A DNA stretch of 41,825 bases from Trypethelium eluteriae (taxonomy: Eukaryota), in NCBI GenBank assembly GCA_051942245.1, contig JAVECL010000155.1:1-41825 (forward strand). The letters are read 5' to 3'. The notes under the pieces were generated by a model. That model was not told where the DNA came from. It did not search any database and saw only the letters and a program-made list of their open reading frames with translations. This document shows positions 1-12,813 of this stretch, piece after piece; positions within the stretch are counted from its first letter, which is position 1, and every line of letters starts with the position of its first letter. A program made the position numbers and the translations under genes.

Positions 1-2256
1 CCACCGACCTCCGCCCACTCGCCGTCCCCGGCCGCGACGACGAGCCGCCAAATCCAAGCATCGACCGCTGCTGCTTCTCCGGCGACGTCGAGTTCGGTCG
101 GCTACTGCTGCCGATGGTGCTGCGCGCGCTCGCCGCCCCGGTCCTCGCCGAATCCAGCATCTTCTTGAAGAAGCCGCTCTTGCGGGACTTCGACGTCGAT
201 GGTGGTGGCGCCGCTGCCAAGCCGCCAAGATCCGAGACGCCGGTCTGGAGATCGTTTGTTTGTTGATATTGGTGTTGGTGTTGGCCGACCCAGGTGGCGA
301 GCCCGCCGCTCGCGTGGCTGTCCTGGTTCTGCTGGGAGTCGTGCGAGGAGTGGAAGGTGACGCCCGAGAACGGGGTGATGGGGCGATTGTTGTTGGCATC
401 GGAGGTGGAGGAGACGGCGCCGGCCTTGCCTTCGAAGGCGTGGATGCGCGACTCGAGCGAGCTTTTGGGCCGCTCTTTGATGCTGCCGCCGAAGCCGAAT
501 TTGCGGCGGGCGAGGGAGCCGGCGCTGGTGGCGGAGAAGCCGGAGGCGCTGTAGCCGCTCATCAGGCTCTGGCTGGTCATTTGCGTGCTGTGGCTGCTGT
601 TGGTGCTGGTGCTTTGGCCAGTAGAGCTAGTTGTGGCGGAGCTCTTGCCTGTCAAGGTGCGGTTCAGTGCTGAGCGGCCGAGTTCGTAGGCGGATTTCCG
701 GTTCTTGAGTTTGCGAGATCCGCTCGTAGTGGAAGCTGGACGGAATTGTGGGTTATGCTGAGAAGCGAGGGGGTCGCTCGATATATGAATTGACTGTGGG
801 CGTCTGAAGACGTTATCTTTGAGGGGTGGAGTGGGACCAGGTGCATTCGACGCTTCTTGGGCTTGATGCATCTGGCGAAGGCGATTTTCCATGCGTTCGA
901 CATAGTCATGGACTTGCGGTGGACCATCACCTCCAGAGAAATCTCTATGTTCATGGAAGTCTTCCTCATTGTTCCCACGGTTTTCATCGTTATGAGGCTC
1001 ACCGTAGCTGATGCCTTGGGAAGTCTGCGCTCGAGCGTTTCGTGCAGAGGCTTGGTATACCTCGTCAAACGCTTCGGGAGACCAAACATTAGGCGGTGTT
1101 GATGGTTCCTCTGGCGGTTGTGGAGAACGACGTTCCAAGGACATACCTTGGAGAGAAGACATCACGTCATTCATTGCATCTCGTAGTGGAGATGGTGTAT
1201 GACCATGGTGAGCAGGAGACGCCGGGACTGGTGTGTGGAGTTGACGATTCGGGGGCTTTTGTTCGCCGAAGTCGTTGTACTGCTGGGCTGCAGAATTGTA
1301 CATGGAGCGATGCGGAGGCGGAGCTGGAGGAGGCGGCGATGATGTGCCATCGTCGAATGGGACAGGCGAAGTACTCTGAGGGAGGTGAAGGTCATTTGGG
1401 TCGTGAAACGATGGAGCCGGGGAAGCAGCTCTGGAAATATTGTTGTGCATTGGCGGCATGGGAGAGGTAGCCCGAAAATGAGCGGGTGATGGTGACGGAG
1501 CTCTAGAATTTGCGTACGGATTGGGAGAGTAAGCGCGAAACTGGGATGGTGCCGGTGATGGGGCTCGATAATCGCCATATGGATTTGGCGATGGCGCGCG
1601 TGAATGGACAGGAGCTGGCGAAGGTGCTCTTGAGATGCTAGAGTTCGAACCGCGTGGAACTGGCTGGAGGACATAGCCAGTGTCCTTCTTGACCGGAGTC
1701 GTCAAGTTTGCGCCATTGCTCCCCGGAGCTTGTGCTTTCTTCATGGAAGAGTATGGCCGAGGTTTTGAGAGACTCCCATTTTTCTCTGGCGTCTTCAACT
1801 GTGCGACGGTGCCATTCGGTCCCACTTCGTTGTATGCCTGAAACGGTTTTCGAAATACGCTCTTGGATTTTGGCATTGGCTGATTGTTTTGTGAAGCATT
1901 AGACCCTCCTCTTGAAGGTCCAGCGCCGTTGCTGAGTGGTAAAGGACTGGCATTGCGACTGATCGGCGTGGGTTGGTAGTCTTCGAGGACCTGAACGAAA
2001 TTTGATGGGAACAGTCCGACCATACGTCTATCTCTTTTTAATCTTCCCATCCACCAGGAGCCATCGCCTGCATTCAGACACTCTATGAGGTCTCCTTCTA
2101 TGAAGCCGAGATCTCTCTTAGTCTGTGTCAGACGTATCAGTGTGTGTGTTCATAGAAGAAGTTGAGAACGAGACTACTTGCCTCTCCGCCCCATGAATAG
2201 ACAGCTTTGCACCAGCAAGGAAAATGAGAAGGGAGAGATTGCGCCATTGAAGGCAT
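1..2256 (-). CDS. cyk3: Cytokinesis protein Cyk3 (N-terminal SH3 domain plus long Ser/Pro-rich linker), 3' end beyond the window. Exons 2256-2182 and 2122-<1
   Basis: Spliced translation MPSMAQSLPSHFPCWCKAVYSWGGE|TKRDLGFIEGDLIECLNAGDGSWWMGRLKRDRRMVGLFPSNFVQVLE is the characteristic fungal Cyk3 SH3. The frame stays open to base 1 and includes KSGFFKKMLDSARTGAASARSTI. Absent from the ORF track, probably because there is no stop in the window. A second in-frame ATG lies at 2247. Confidence 0.9.
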
Positions 2257-3017
2257 TTCGGAGCTAGATATCGCAGTGTATCGCTCGGATCATGAAGGTC
2301 ATAAATGTAGCTGCGGTGGGCTTATTTGTGCGATTGGTGCCGACTGAAGTGTTGTTTACACTCGGCAAGCGTAATAGTTGGTGGCAGTCCGTGGTACAGA
2401 GTTCGAGATGAATATTTGCAGCGCAAACGCGATTAAAGGAATATTGAGATAGCTAGCGAATGAACAGCTCCAGGCTTCAAGGATTGCGATGAGACCAATT
2501 GGCCGCAGAAGGTGATGATAGACTTGATTGATGAGTGTGGAAGTTTGTTTACTTTCTGTCGTCAGCCTGCAGGGATCCTCCCGTCTGCGCTGCACCAGTC
2601 CCGTTATGGCATGGTGTGAGCGGCCCGAGTCCGACAACCACAACGCGCCGCGCCCTAATGCTTGACGCGCGAGGCTTGGACACCAGTAACACCTTGGTCT
2701 TAACCTCGCGCAGTGCACAAATTAGGAGACGGCAACGAGAGCTTAGCAAAGGTGACTACTCGCAGCTTAGTCGAGGAGCCCCATCGCTATCGATTATGGG
2801 GTCGCTCAGTCCTTGTTCTCCTACTACCGACCAGAGCGAAGAACTCAAGATATAGAGCCGAAATATGGCATAGGCAATCAAGGGTGTACATTCTAATTCT
2901 AATCTATCGTCTCAAGCTTCGAACATTAGGAAAGTCATCCATGTCAGCAAGATCTTCGTGACTATCGTTCCACGCGTAACAGTCTTCTCATATGCTTTGA
3001 ACCAAGACCATAACAGC

Positions 3018-6000
3018 CTAGGCCCAAATTGCTCTAAACTTCTCGTCAAATTCCTTCTTCAAACGTATGAATGCTTCTAGCACCAGGAGCAATCCCTTGC
3101 CTTCACCCACATCAGCAATCCCGGTTGAAGAATGCATCTCAACGCTCGGAGTTAGCGTTCCAGTTGGAGACGTTGGAGGGGTGTCCACCGGAGTTTGCTC
3201 GTCTTCTGCGTCGTCATCTTCCCAGCTATCTGCCACCTTTTTGGCCTTCATTTTCTTAGTTGTTGTAGAAGACGGCGAAGGCACCTGGTACCCAGTCCTC
3301 ATCTGTGATGGACCTTGTTCGCTGTCCAGGTTCTGCTCTGCCTCTTCCCCTCCCTCTTCGGCCTCAAACAGATCGTTATCTTTGCTGTCCTCCCTCGCGT
3401 CGAACGCTCCTTTCAAGTCGAGCATGTCCATGTCCGAATTATCAGTAAGCTTCATGAAATTCTGTAAACTCGTAACAATGGTAGCAAGCACGAGCGAAAA
3501 GTCGTTGAGCGCAAACCATACGTCTCCTTTACGTATGCCGTTTGCGCGCGCGAGATCTTGAACACTTCCATTCCGAAAGAAATCGTAGAGGTACGCGTTC
3601 AAAGGCGTGTCAGTTTCTTCAGGATATATGTCGACATGTGGAATGACGGCTTCCTCGAGGAAGACACCGTCGCGTGCCGTGCGGCAAAGATCCGAGATAC
3701 TTCTAAAGTGATCATCGTGTCCTGATAATGCGACGAAGGCAGATCGAACTTTTGTTGGAGGCAACACAGGCAGAGAACTCTCTTGCATGGTCGGCATATC
3801 CCCTCCAATCTTTACCTTGGTCAATGGTAGGCAGGTTTCGGGTTCTTTCATGTGCTGATCAACATAGGTCTTCACATATGTTGAGAAAATGTCAAGCGTT
3901 TCTTGATTATGGGCTCGGAGTATCTTCACTGCTTGCTCAGGAAGCTTTGGCAGAAAGACCACGGAGGAGGATCGCTTTACAATGTCCTCGATGAAGTCCT
4001 TGTCCGCTCGCCGACATTCATGCCGGCCAAAGATATGAGACATTATCAGCATCAAAGTCTCGAGGATTGCAGGGGGGTTCTTCCTGATGTTTCGACACAA
4101 TCCATGGAAGTAGCCACCTTTCAGTAGAGCGTGAAAAGCAAAGCTAGAGTTCTCCGTGTAGTAGAGATGCGCAAGGCACCCAGCAAAATTGAGGGGAGCC
4201 CCAGTAGAATCGAGAAGATGTTGTCGACGGAGATACTCGATCGAAAACCGTAGATGATGTAGAACCTCAGTCTTTCTCTCCGAAGAACCCATGTACAGAC
4301 GTGGCTGAGACAAGAGAGAATTAATGGCGCGAACCGCAAATGGGGAGTTCTTGGACTCGTGCAACAAAGAAAAGAGGCGCAGGACAAGTGTCGTCGTGAT
4401 GGGAAAATGGCCGTTGAGCTCAGGAAGTCGTGAGCTGACAAGTCGACATACTTTGTCAGGTGTAACGCCGTGGAAGACGACATTGCCAAGCACGTCAAAA
4501 CCTCTTCGACCAGCCCGACCAGCTGCTTGTCGATAATTCAAAGCAGTCAGAAACACGGAATCGCCACTAAACACAACAGTCCTCGTCGGCATATTGATTC
4601 CAAGGGCAAGTGTGCCAGTAGCGATCACGACTCGAAGGAAACCTGCACGAAATAGCATTTCCACTCTGTAGCGATTCATGTCAGCAAACACGGTATTCAT
4701 TTTTGCGGGTTGTCCTATGAAGGGACTTACGTTTGCCGATATCCGCGGTTCATGCCGGCATGATGCACTCCAATTCCGCGACAGAGGGCTGCAATCAGCC
4801 ACAGGTCAATGCCACGCTTGTGCAGCTTCATTTTAATCTCATCAAGATCCTCCGAAAGCTTCTTAGTATTTGCGAAGGAGAACTTGTCTAGCGGCGCTTC
4901 CGGATCGAAACTTGCGATCGAACTAAAGTCAGTCTCGGCCGCGTCCCTCTGCATCTCCTTGGACGTCAGCCCATCGTCTTGCTCGTCACCCTTCTTGCCT
5001 TTGATTGGCTTCTTTGCGGTCTTTTTGGCAGCTTCCAAAGCTTTTGCCTTTTCCCAGTCCTCTTTTTCTTTGACCCTTTTCTGGAACTTTGGCGTAGCCT
5101 TGTATTTGTCCTCGGCGTGCTTCAACTGCGAAAGAACGGTCCGAGCTATGGCCTCGCACTCGGTGCGGTTGTAATTGAACAGCAGTGCTGGCAAGGCGTC
5201 CTGCTCATGCAGGCTGCACAACAGAGGTAGCGTCGTCATTCTTAAGTTGGAAGTGTGCGAATGGATTGGTCGGTTGATAGGCTTGCTGAGCTCATCTAGT
5301 ACCTTATCGAATGGCGACGAGTTATCTGCCATCCAACTACGAAGAACCTCTTTGAGTCCCGCCTCCCACTTGATGACATCAATCTTGCGAACCACCGAAG
5401 GCAGTTGGCTTTCAGGGTCAAGTTTATCTGGCACATCCCAACGCTTTTCACCCTGTACCTGATGGCGTTTCATAGCTTGCCACAGTGTCTCGCAATCTCG
5501 TGCTTCGAGATGGAGGTCATCGGGGATCCCTCTGCTCTTGTTCACAAGACTCGCTACAGGGTGTAAAAATGCAAAGCCTCGAGCCTCATCCAAGCCAAGC
5601 CGAGCAAAACTAGTGTCGACGGGCTCAGGGAGGCCTGCAAAGGGGAACTCGGTTGGTGCGCTGTAGACGAACTTCCGGAGGTCACTGTATCGATATGGAT
5701 GCCTCACCATGGTCAACTCGTGACCAAGAGACTTCTGAGTTGATTCTAACCAATCACTGAAAGACTCAGGGTTTCCAATAGTTGCAGATAACGCGATGAT
5801 AGGGCAAGGAGCAAGGAGTAGAAGCTGTTCCCACACCACACCATCTTCTGCTTGGCCGATGGAGTGGACTTCGTCAAATATGATCCTTTTGACTCGGTTT
5901 GACCATGATTTGTCACCAGCTCCAGCATTCGACGGAGATAACAACATTATCTGAAGCACATGAGGAACTGTTACGAGCACTTGGCATCCAGTCGGATTGT

Positions 6001-8845
6001 TGATTCTGTAGTCGCGGGTATGGATGGCCCACACGGATTTGCCGCCGCCGTGCGGGAAGGTCTTGGAGAATCTGGCCTCGATCTCTGCGGCAATTTGATT
6101 GACAAGGGCTTTTGTTGGAGCAACATAGACTAGGACACCTTCGTTACTAGCTCTAAGTACTTGCCTCATTGCATAGAAAGAGATGAATGTCTTTCCCGCA
6201 GAAGTCGGTGCTACTACAAGCAGACTGTGCCCGGCGTCGATCTCGTCTAAAACTTTGCGTTGCCACCCATCCGGACGGAATGGGACACGATCGTCGGGAG
6301 CGTCATCGAAATTCCGGTCCATGTATGGGCCGCAGTAAGCCAATTGGAAGCTGAGTGGTGAGGGGTGCACAGTCAAATTCAGTCCTCGACTTTGGGCGAG
6401 TGAGAATTGGAAGGGCAATGGTCGCTCAACGGATGAGTCCCTGAAGGACATCTGTGAGAAACCAAGTGCCTTGATAGTTTCTTTGACATTGTTCACAACG
6501 GTCCGCGTAAGCCCCGGTGTAGTCTGGATAGATCTAATCGTGTCAAATGCCAAAGCCAAGATAGGGAAACCTTTATTCTTATCGTTGGTCCGACATTGAG
6601 AGATCCAAAGGCGCAGTAGAGCGTTGAGCATATAACACTTCACTTCGGCCCCGATGATCTCACGCTTCTTCTCATCAATAGTGTCAAGGTAGCCTTTAGC
6701 ACTCGTGTATTGCACCTGAGGATATCTTTGTGCTTCGTAAACCCTGCAAGAATTCTGCCAAGCACTGATAGCTATTGCCACTTTTTCCTCAGCCTTGCGA
6801 CTCTGCTCGGCCTCGAGCTTTTCCTCTCGAGCGCGTTTGCCGGCGTTTTTATTCTTCTTGGAATGTTCGGGTTTCGTACCTCCAGAAGACTTGTCCGCAG
6901 GCTGCTTATTTTGTACATATTTTTTGGAAATGTTCTTATGAGAACCTTGTCCATTCGTGCTTGTATCAACTTGAATGGTTTCACGTTTCAAAGAGCCCCC
7001 AACGGAGTGCGTGAGACTGGCTGAGTAATTCTGCATTTCGGCCATGAACCGCTGATTGCGTTTCTGAGCCTTGAGCTCTTGAAGCTGGGTCTGAGGCGTG
7101 GGGTTTGCCTTTGTGGAGGTCAACGGTCTTTTGGCATTATGCCAATGCGAAAGTTCCCTGAAAATTGTGGCGGCATCACGGGAAAGTTCCGACGAGGGAG
7201 ACTTGTCAATGGAAAGCCGAATCGATTCCATATGAGTATCGAAGACGTGGTTCGAGAAGGGCAAGACAGCTCCGGTTTCGATATGCGGGGCGTGAAACTG
7301 ACTTGATTGTCGTTCGTACAATGGTACGTCATCTTTTATAGCTAAACTTTTGCCGAACTGAGGAGCCGCTAGTTTGGTCAACAGTTTCCAGGTTTCCGCA
7401 GCTCCAATTCCCGGCTGAAGCGCAAGAGATCCATTCCTACCGGCTTCAGAGCACGCGTTCAGTAACCGGCCATCAACGAAGTCACCAACATCACAAGAAA
7501 TACACCAGTCCTGCATCAACTCTGGCCACCGATCGCAGTGTAAGATTTCCGTTGCGATTCTCAGCAGCTTTTGCAGGAACGTGTCGGTCTCTTCAGAAGC
7601 GCGGTTTGAGTTGATTGAACGCCGATGAAGAGGCAGATGCCTCAGCATTGCAGAGTGATATAAGAACGAGGTAACCATTACCTCAATATCGGGCTGCGAT
7701 CCAGGGAAGATCGCACGGACTACCAGTACACTCAGCACCTCCCGCTCGGTAAGCGTTTTATTCGCGTCCAAGTACTCTCGTAATTTCGGTATCTCTTGGT
7801 CGAGCAGGGAATTGGCATTGTATTCAGGAAGTTGTTGGTCGAAATGTGGTGAGCAAAGCTCGAAGAATGGGACTGTCCGGCTTGGAGATTCCAAGACAGC
7901 GGTCATGACCTATTACTCCTGATAAGCATCTCGAAAAGTCCCGTACGTCGTCACTACTTACCTTAGTATCATGCCACTTTAGGCCGTTGATAAGAGCAAC
8001 ATTGTACCCATCCCGTAGGAAATACGCAATTATTACCCGACGTGCGACGTCGCTCTGAACCACTTTATCGGATTCTCGGGTGATAGGTTCCTTCCCAGCT
8101 TTCTCTACTTGAGCTTCGTTGTTCTCGGCCAAGGCGCCGTCATGGCACATAACGAAGTACATCCCCGTCTGCATCAGGTAATCCCGGAAGCTCCGTGAGC
8201 GCAGAGAACAAAATTCGTTGATTTGTACATTTGGGTCTGTTTTGCCAAGGTTGATCTGAAGATGGCGAACGATCGCCGCACGAGCAAAGACACATTTTTC
8301 TTGCAGCAAGGGCGATGATGTTGATGGAAGTGAGAGCCACTTGTTCTCATCGAAAAATGCAATGTGAAAGTTGCACTTGCGTTGCAGGAGTGCCTGGAGA
8401 AACCGCTCTACTAAAAACGTCGCGTGCAAGAGTTGATATCCATCTGAATCGACTTAGTCTACAGTTGCCCACGGACACGAACTAATCCTTCGTACTCACT
8501 TTGAAAGTCCAAATCCGGAGCAGCAAAGCAATGAAGCAACAGAGAATCTCCTTCGATCAAGAAGAGTTCGTTGCCAGCGTAGTCACCGACAAGGTCGACG
8601 AAGCGCGGGTGAGTTGTTCGATACCATCTGAGCACATGTTTGCTGGCTTGAGAATCCTGGGACTCTATGTCGCTGGTGTTACTGCTGACGTCGTCGCGGA
8701 TCTCATTATCAATTTCTGGCTCATTGGGAAAATTGCCATCATCGAGCTCGTCAGAAGAGCCGGAAGCATCGGCTGGAATTCTGGAAGGTCCGGAGAGGGC
8801 TTCAATAGTGCTGGCTTCTCCAGCATCTTCATTAGTTGATACCAT
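3018..8845 (-). CDS. DDX60-like Ski2-family DExH RNA helicase, about 1880 aa. Exons 8845-8500, 8443-7962, 7909-4731, 4665-3018
   Basis: Motifs APTSAGKT (I), VAPTKALVNQ (Ia), DEVH (II), ALSAT (III), GIGVHHAG, TLALGINMP (V) and QAAGRAGRRGFD (VI). N-terminal GNELFLIEGDSLLLHCF...LLHATFLVERFL resembles the DDX60 N-terminal domain. Three canonical GT-AG introns (8499-8444, 7961-7910, 4730-4666) join four ORF-track fragments in frame. Confidence 0.88.
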
Positions 8846-11001
8846 TCCTGCCCGGGAGCTGGGCTTTGTCACAACGCAAAAAAGAAAATTGCCTGCTGAA
8901 TATTCACGAAGAGCAGTAGCTCTCGCACAACTGACGCAGGGAAACAAAACGCGAAAGGCAACAAGTGAAAGTGGGAGTTCAGTAAATACGCGTCTTCTAA
9001 GTGGCAGCCTTTAAGTACCCCCTCGTCTAAAACGCGCACTGGTCACGTGCGTGTCACAGGACCTTCTGGGCCTCTATCGCGAGTCGCAACCTGAATTTCG
9101 TGACACGAAAAAATGAAAAGTGAAGAACGTGAGGCTATGAGGTAGGATGAAATTATTTTAGGTGGAGAAGCATGATGAGCAAGTTCTTGATTTGCAAGAG
9201 CTGCAGCTCACCGACTCACATGATTGGCGGGCGAGACCTCTCTGTACTACGTTGCCAGGCAAACACATCTCAAGCGGCGACTTGCATGAAAGACGTTGAG
9301 GTCTGCGGCTTCTTCTCTCGTTCTTTTCAACAGCCTTTCGACGGTGCATCGTCCTGTTGATCACGTCAAGCACTCCACGCTCCAGTGATAATACCCACTC
9401 ATGCGAAAGCTACTACCTTCCTGCTGCGATGGAAACGAGCAAAGCTTCCCAAACCCTGCTGCCTCTGAAATGAGCAAACAAGGCTGAAAGGCCATTTTCA
9501 TCTTATGGAGGAGTCCTAGGAAGGGGTTTCTGTCCTTTTATTGTGGGGGAGTCGATTGGTGGATCGTGCGTTGGCGGCAAGCCCGAAAAGGAGGCGAGCG
9601 CCAAGAAGCTAAAAACCCCAGAAACCCCAAGACCCCAAGGTATCGTGGGTATCACCACCCATTCAGGAACGTCACAGCCCACTATTACGCTAGTAATGCA
9701 GATTGTCGCCGCTTCCAAATAGATATCTGGCCAGATACCAGATATCCGGCTTGGCGAGATCTTGGCCAAATCTCAGCAGAACCAGTAAAAAGGAGAACTC
9801 CTCTCGAGAGAAGCGGCAGGAGGATCGATTTCGCTTGCAAATGCACTTCACCATCCTACAACGAATGTACGGTCGGAACGCTCCGAAGAAGTGGAATAAG
9901 CCTCCTTTTACCATGAAGCTTCAGAGAGCTCTGACTTGCTCTCTTCTCCCCGGATGTGGAAGGCACCGAAGGCGTGAGCTTCCCAAAATGGGGCGAAGCT
10001 AGACGACCGCTTGGACCTGCAGACCTGGTCACCAGGAACGGCTTATTCGGGCCTGGCACGCCTTGTCAAGTGGTCAATAATTTCGGCCACGGCAGTAGCA
10101 GACCTCGCACATCAAATCATATCAAGACGGTAGACCGATGTTTTCACTGTCACCTGCCCTACATTACTGTCATGCGCAGAAATAGCAAGACGTGAGAAAT
10201 GGAGAAGACGCTTGCGCATCATCCCTACAAGCAGGGGTCGCTCTCCATCACGCGTCTATTGGCCCTTTGACCTTTTTTGGGCCCGTCCCAAAGGCATGAC
10301 TGCAGTTGGAGTCGAGGATTGATACGGAGGTATCACGACTGCGTGACTCCAAAGTCACAGCGGAAATCAAATTAAATGGCAATGATGGCATCAAGACGAG
10401 GATCTGAAAAGATCGAGCCCGCAGCAAGGCACAAAAATAAGGATGTTTGTGAAGGTGCAATACGATAAGTAAGAAACGCACGACAACGAAAAAGCGAAAA
10501 GTAACCACCGTGTTCTCTTCCGCACAGAGTGAACCATCTTTCCTTCGGCTGCAACTTCCAACTGACCTTTCCAACCCCTCATTGCTTTAGACTTTGATTC
10601 TTGCACATGCGACATAATGCGAGTGATTACCACTCGGGTGCCAGCAAATCTTGATATGCATCATGCACGGACTTCTCTATCGAAAAATCTTTGACCTCGG
10701 CCAAGCCCGTCTTCCGCAGCTTCGTATAAGCCCCATCTCACCAAACGTTCTTTTAGCCCCGGCGGTAGCTAGGCCACCCCCAGACGGGGATCAGGGTAAT
10801 CTAAATTATATCCAAAGAGGCAAGGTTTGTGAGTAGGAAGGCCGTCATCTGCCACCGGCGGTGGTGGGTCGCTATCGCGAATCTTCTGGCGATAAAAGTC
10901 GCTTTGCGCCCGCTGGCCATTTCCAATGAACCTCGAAGAAGCTTCCTTGCTTTCGTAGTCTTTCCGTTCGAGTCTTTCCTTGCTAGTTATTTTTATTGAA
11001 C

Positions 11002-12813
11002 ATGAAAGCCTCCACGCTCCCTTTGGCGGCTGCAGCCACCCTCATTCAATCTTCACTTGCTGCACCGGCCTCTCAACCACCATCCTATCCAAGCGGCAGC
11101 GGAAACGGTTCAAGCGGAGGCGATGCTCTTGCTGATTACCGTGCAGGTCAAGTCAAAGACGCCTTCTTGACCGCATGGGATGGGTCAGATTGCTTCTGAA
11201 TCCTTGTGAAAGTACGAAAATAGCTCATTAAGCCCTAGATACTTCACCTATGCCTTCCCTAATGATGAACTTCATCCTATTAGCAACACTTTCAGTAATT
11301 CTTTCGGTGGCTGGGGCGCCAGCGCTGTTGACGCCTTTAGCACTGCCATAGTTATGGAGTTACCAGATGTTATCGACACCATTCTCAACTACATTCCTAC
11401 GATCAACTTCCACCAGACTGCTGGCGGCGAGGAAATTTCTCTCTTCGAGACCACCATTCGCTACTTAGGAGGTATACTTGCTGGACATGATCTTTTGACC
11501 GGGCCGTTGTCCCAGTATGCATCAAACACCACGGCCGTCCATGCGTTACTTGGAAAAGCACAGGAACTCGCAGATGTCTTGAAGTTTGCATTTGTTACCC
11601 CAACTGGTATTCCGCACAATGGACTGTATGTCGAAAATCAGACGATTGACACCTCTGACAACAATATAAATGGCATAGCTACCATTGGTACTCTTGTACT
11701 TGAGTGGACGCATTTGTCTGACCTGCTTGGCGATACACAATACGCCGATCTCTCACAGAAGGCTGAATCATACCTGCTGAATCCGTCCCCCGCAACCTCT
11801 CAGCCTTTCCCTGGCTTAATCGGTACTAACGTCAATATCACTTCGGGCCAGTTCTTGGATGCATCTGGAGGCTGGATCGGCGGCGATGACAGCTTTTACG
11901 AGTACCTCCTCAAGATGTATGTCTATGATCCGACACGGTTCAGCTCGTACAGAGACCGTTGGATCGCCGCTGCAGACTCGACCATTCAGTACCTCGCCAG
12001 TCATCCCAGCTCCCGGCCCGATCTAACGTTCGTCGCGGAGTTTGACGGTAAATCGTTAATCTATCAGTCTGAGCATCGTAAGCGCCGCATCTTCCACCCT
12101 CTCATATCAGACAATCCTCAACTAACTTTATTTTCTAGTGGCCTGCTTCGACGGCGGTAACTTCATTCTCGGAGGCCTCGTCCTGGGCGAACAAAAGTAT
12201 ACCGACTTCGGCCTTGCCCTTGTCGCTGGCTGCGAAGATACTTACAACAGCACCCTGACCGGCATCGGTCCAGAAGTCTTTCAGTGGACTGTTGGCAGTG
12301 CCAACGCCTCCTGTTCAGATTCTGAGAACTCCAATTGCCCCGGCGTGCCCGCTGATCAAGCCGAGTTCTACGAGCGTGCGGGCTTCTACATCACCAACAG
12401 TAATTACATCTTGCGCCCGGAGGTAATTGAAAGTTTCTACTATGCCTATAGGGCTACCAAGGATCAGAAGTATCGCGAGTGGGCGTGGAACGCATTCGTG
12501 AATGTCAACACGACGACGAGGGCAGGCAGTGGTTATGCGGAGCTGAATAACGTGAATGCACCAGGAGGAGGCGCGAAGAACGATTTCCAGGATTCATTCC
12601 TCTTCGCAGAAGTGCTCAAGTATGCGTATTTGATTCAGCGACCGGTAAGCTATGTCCCTGCAGTGTATTCATCATTTTCTTCTAGGTAAAGTGCTAATTA
12701 TCATCTTCCAGGATGCCGAGTTCCAAGTTAACGACGACGGAAAGAACTTCTTCGTCTTCAACACGGAGGCGCATCCCTTCAAGGTGGTGGGCACAACCGC
12801 TAAAGCATTATAG
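11002..12813 (+). CDS. Secreted class I alpha-1,2-mannosidase (GH47, MsdS/MNS1B type). Exons 11002-11183, 11239-12077, 12139-12644, 12712-12813
   Basis: Signal peptide [22 protein letters not shown]47 motifs [60 protein letters not shown] and FNTEAHP are restored by three GT-AG introns. Confidence 0.93.

Noticed and set aside
1..620. Visibly higher GC at the left edge
   Set aside because: Lies inside the continuous cyk3 frame and is explained by C/G-ending codons in Ser/Gly/Ala-rich sequence; no junction is visible.
260..1902. Several ORF-track entries on both strands (e.g. 260-673 +, 1171-1674 -)
   Set aside because: Shadow or off-frame ORFs of the cyk3 exon, which is the real coding frame.
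9107..9125. ISRE/IRF-like GAAAAGTGAA upstream of the DDX60-like gene
   Set aside because: Fungi have no IRF factors, and a purine-rich word of this length is expected by chance.
12645..12711. Internal TAG|GTAAAG in GH47 intron 3 suggesting recursive splicing or a stwintron
   Set aside because: The resulting pieces (41 and 26 nt) are too short and the first lacks a clear branch site; one 67-nt intron explains the frame.
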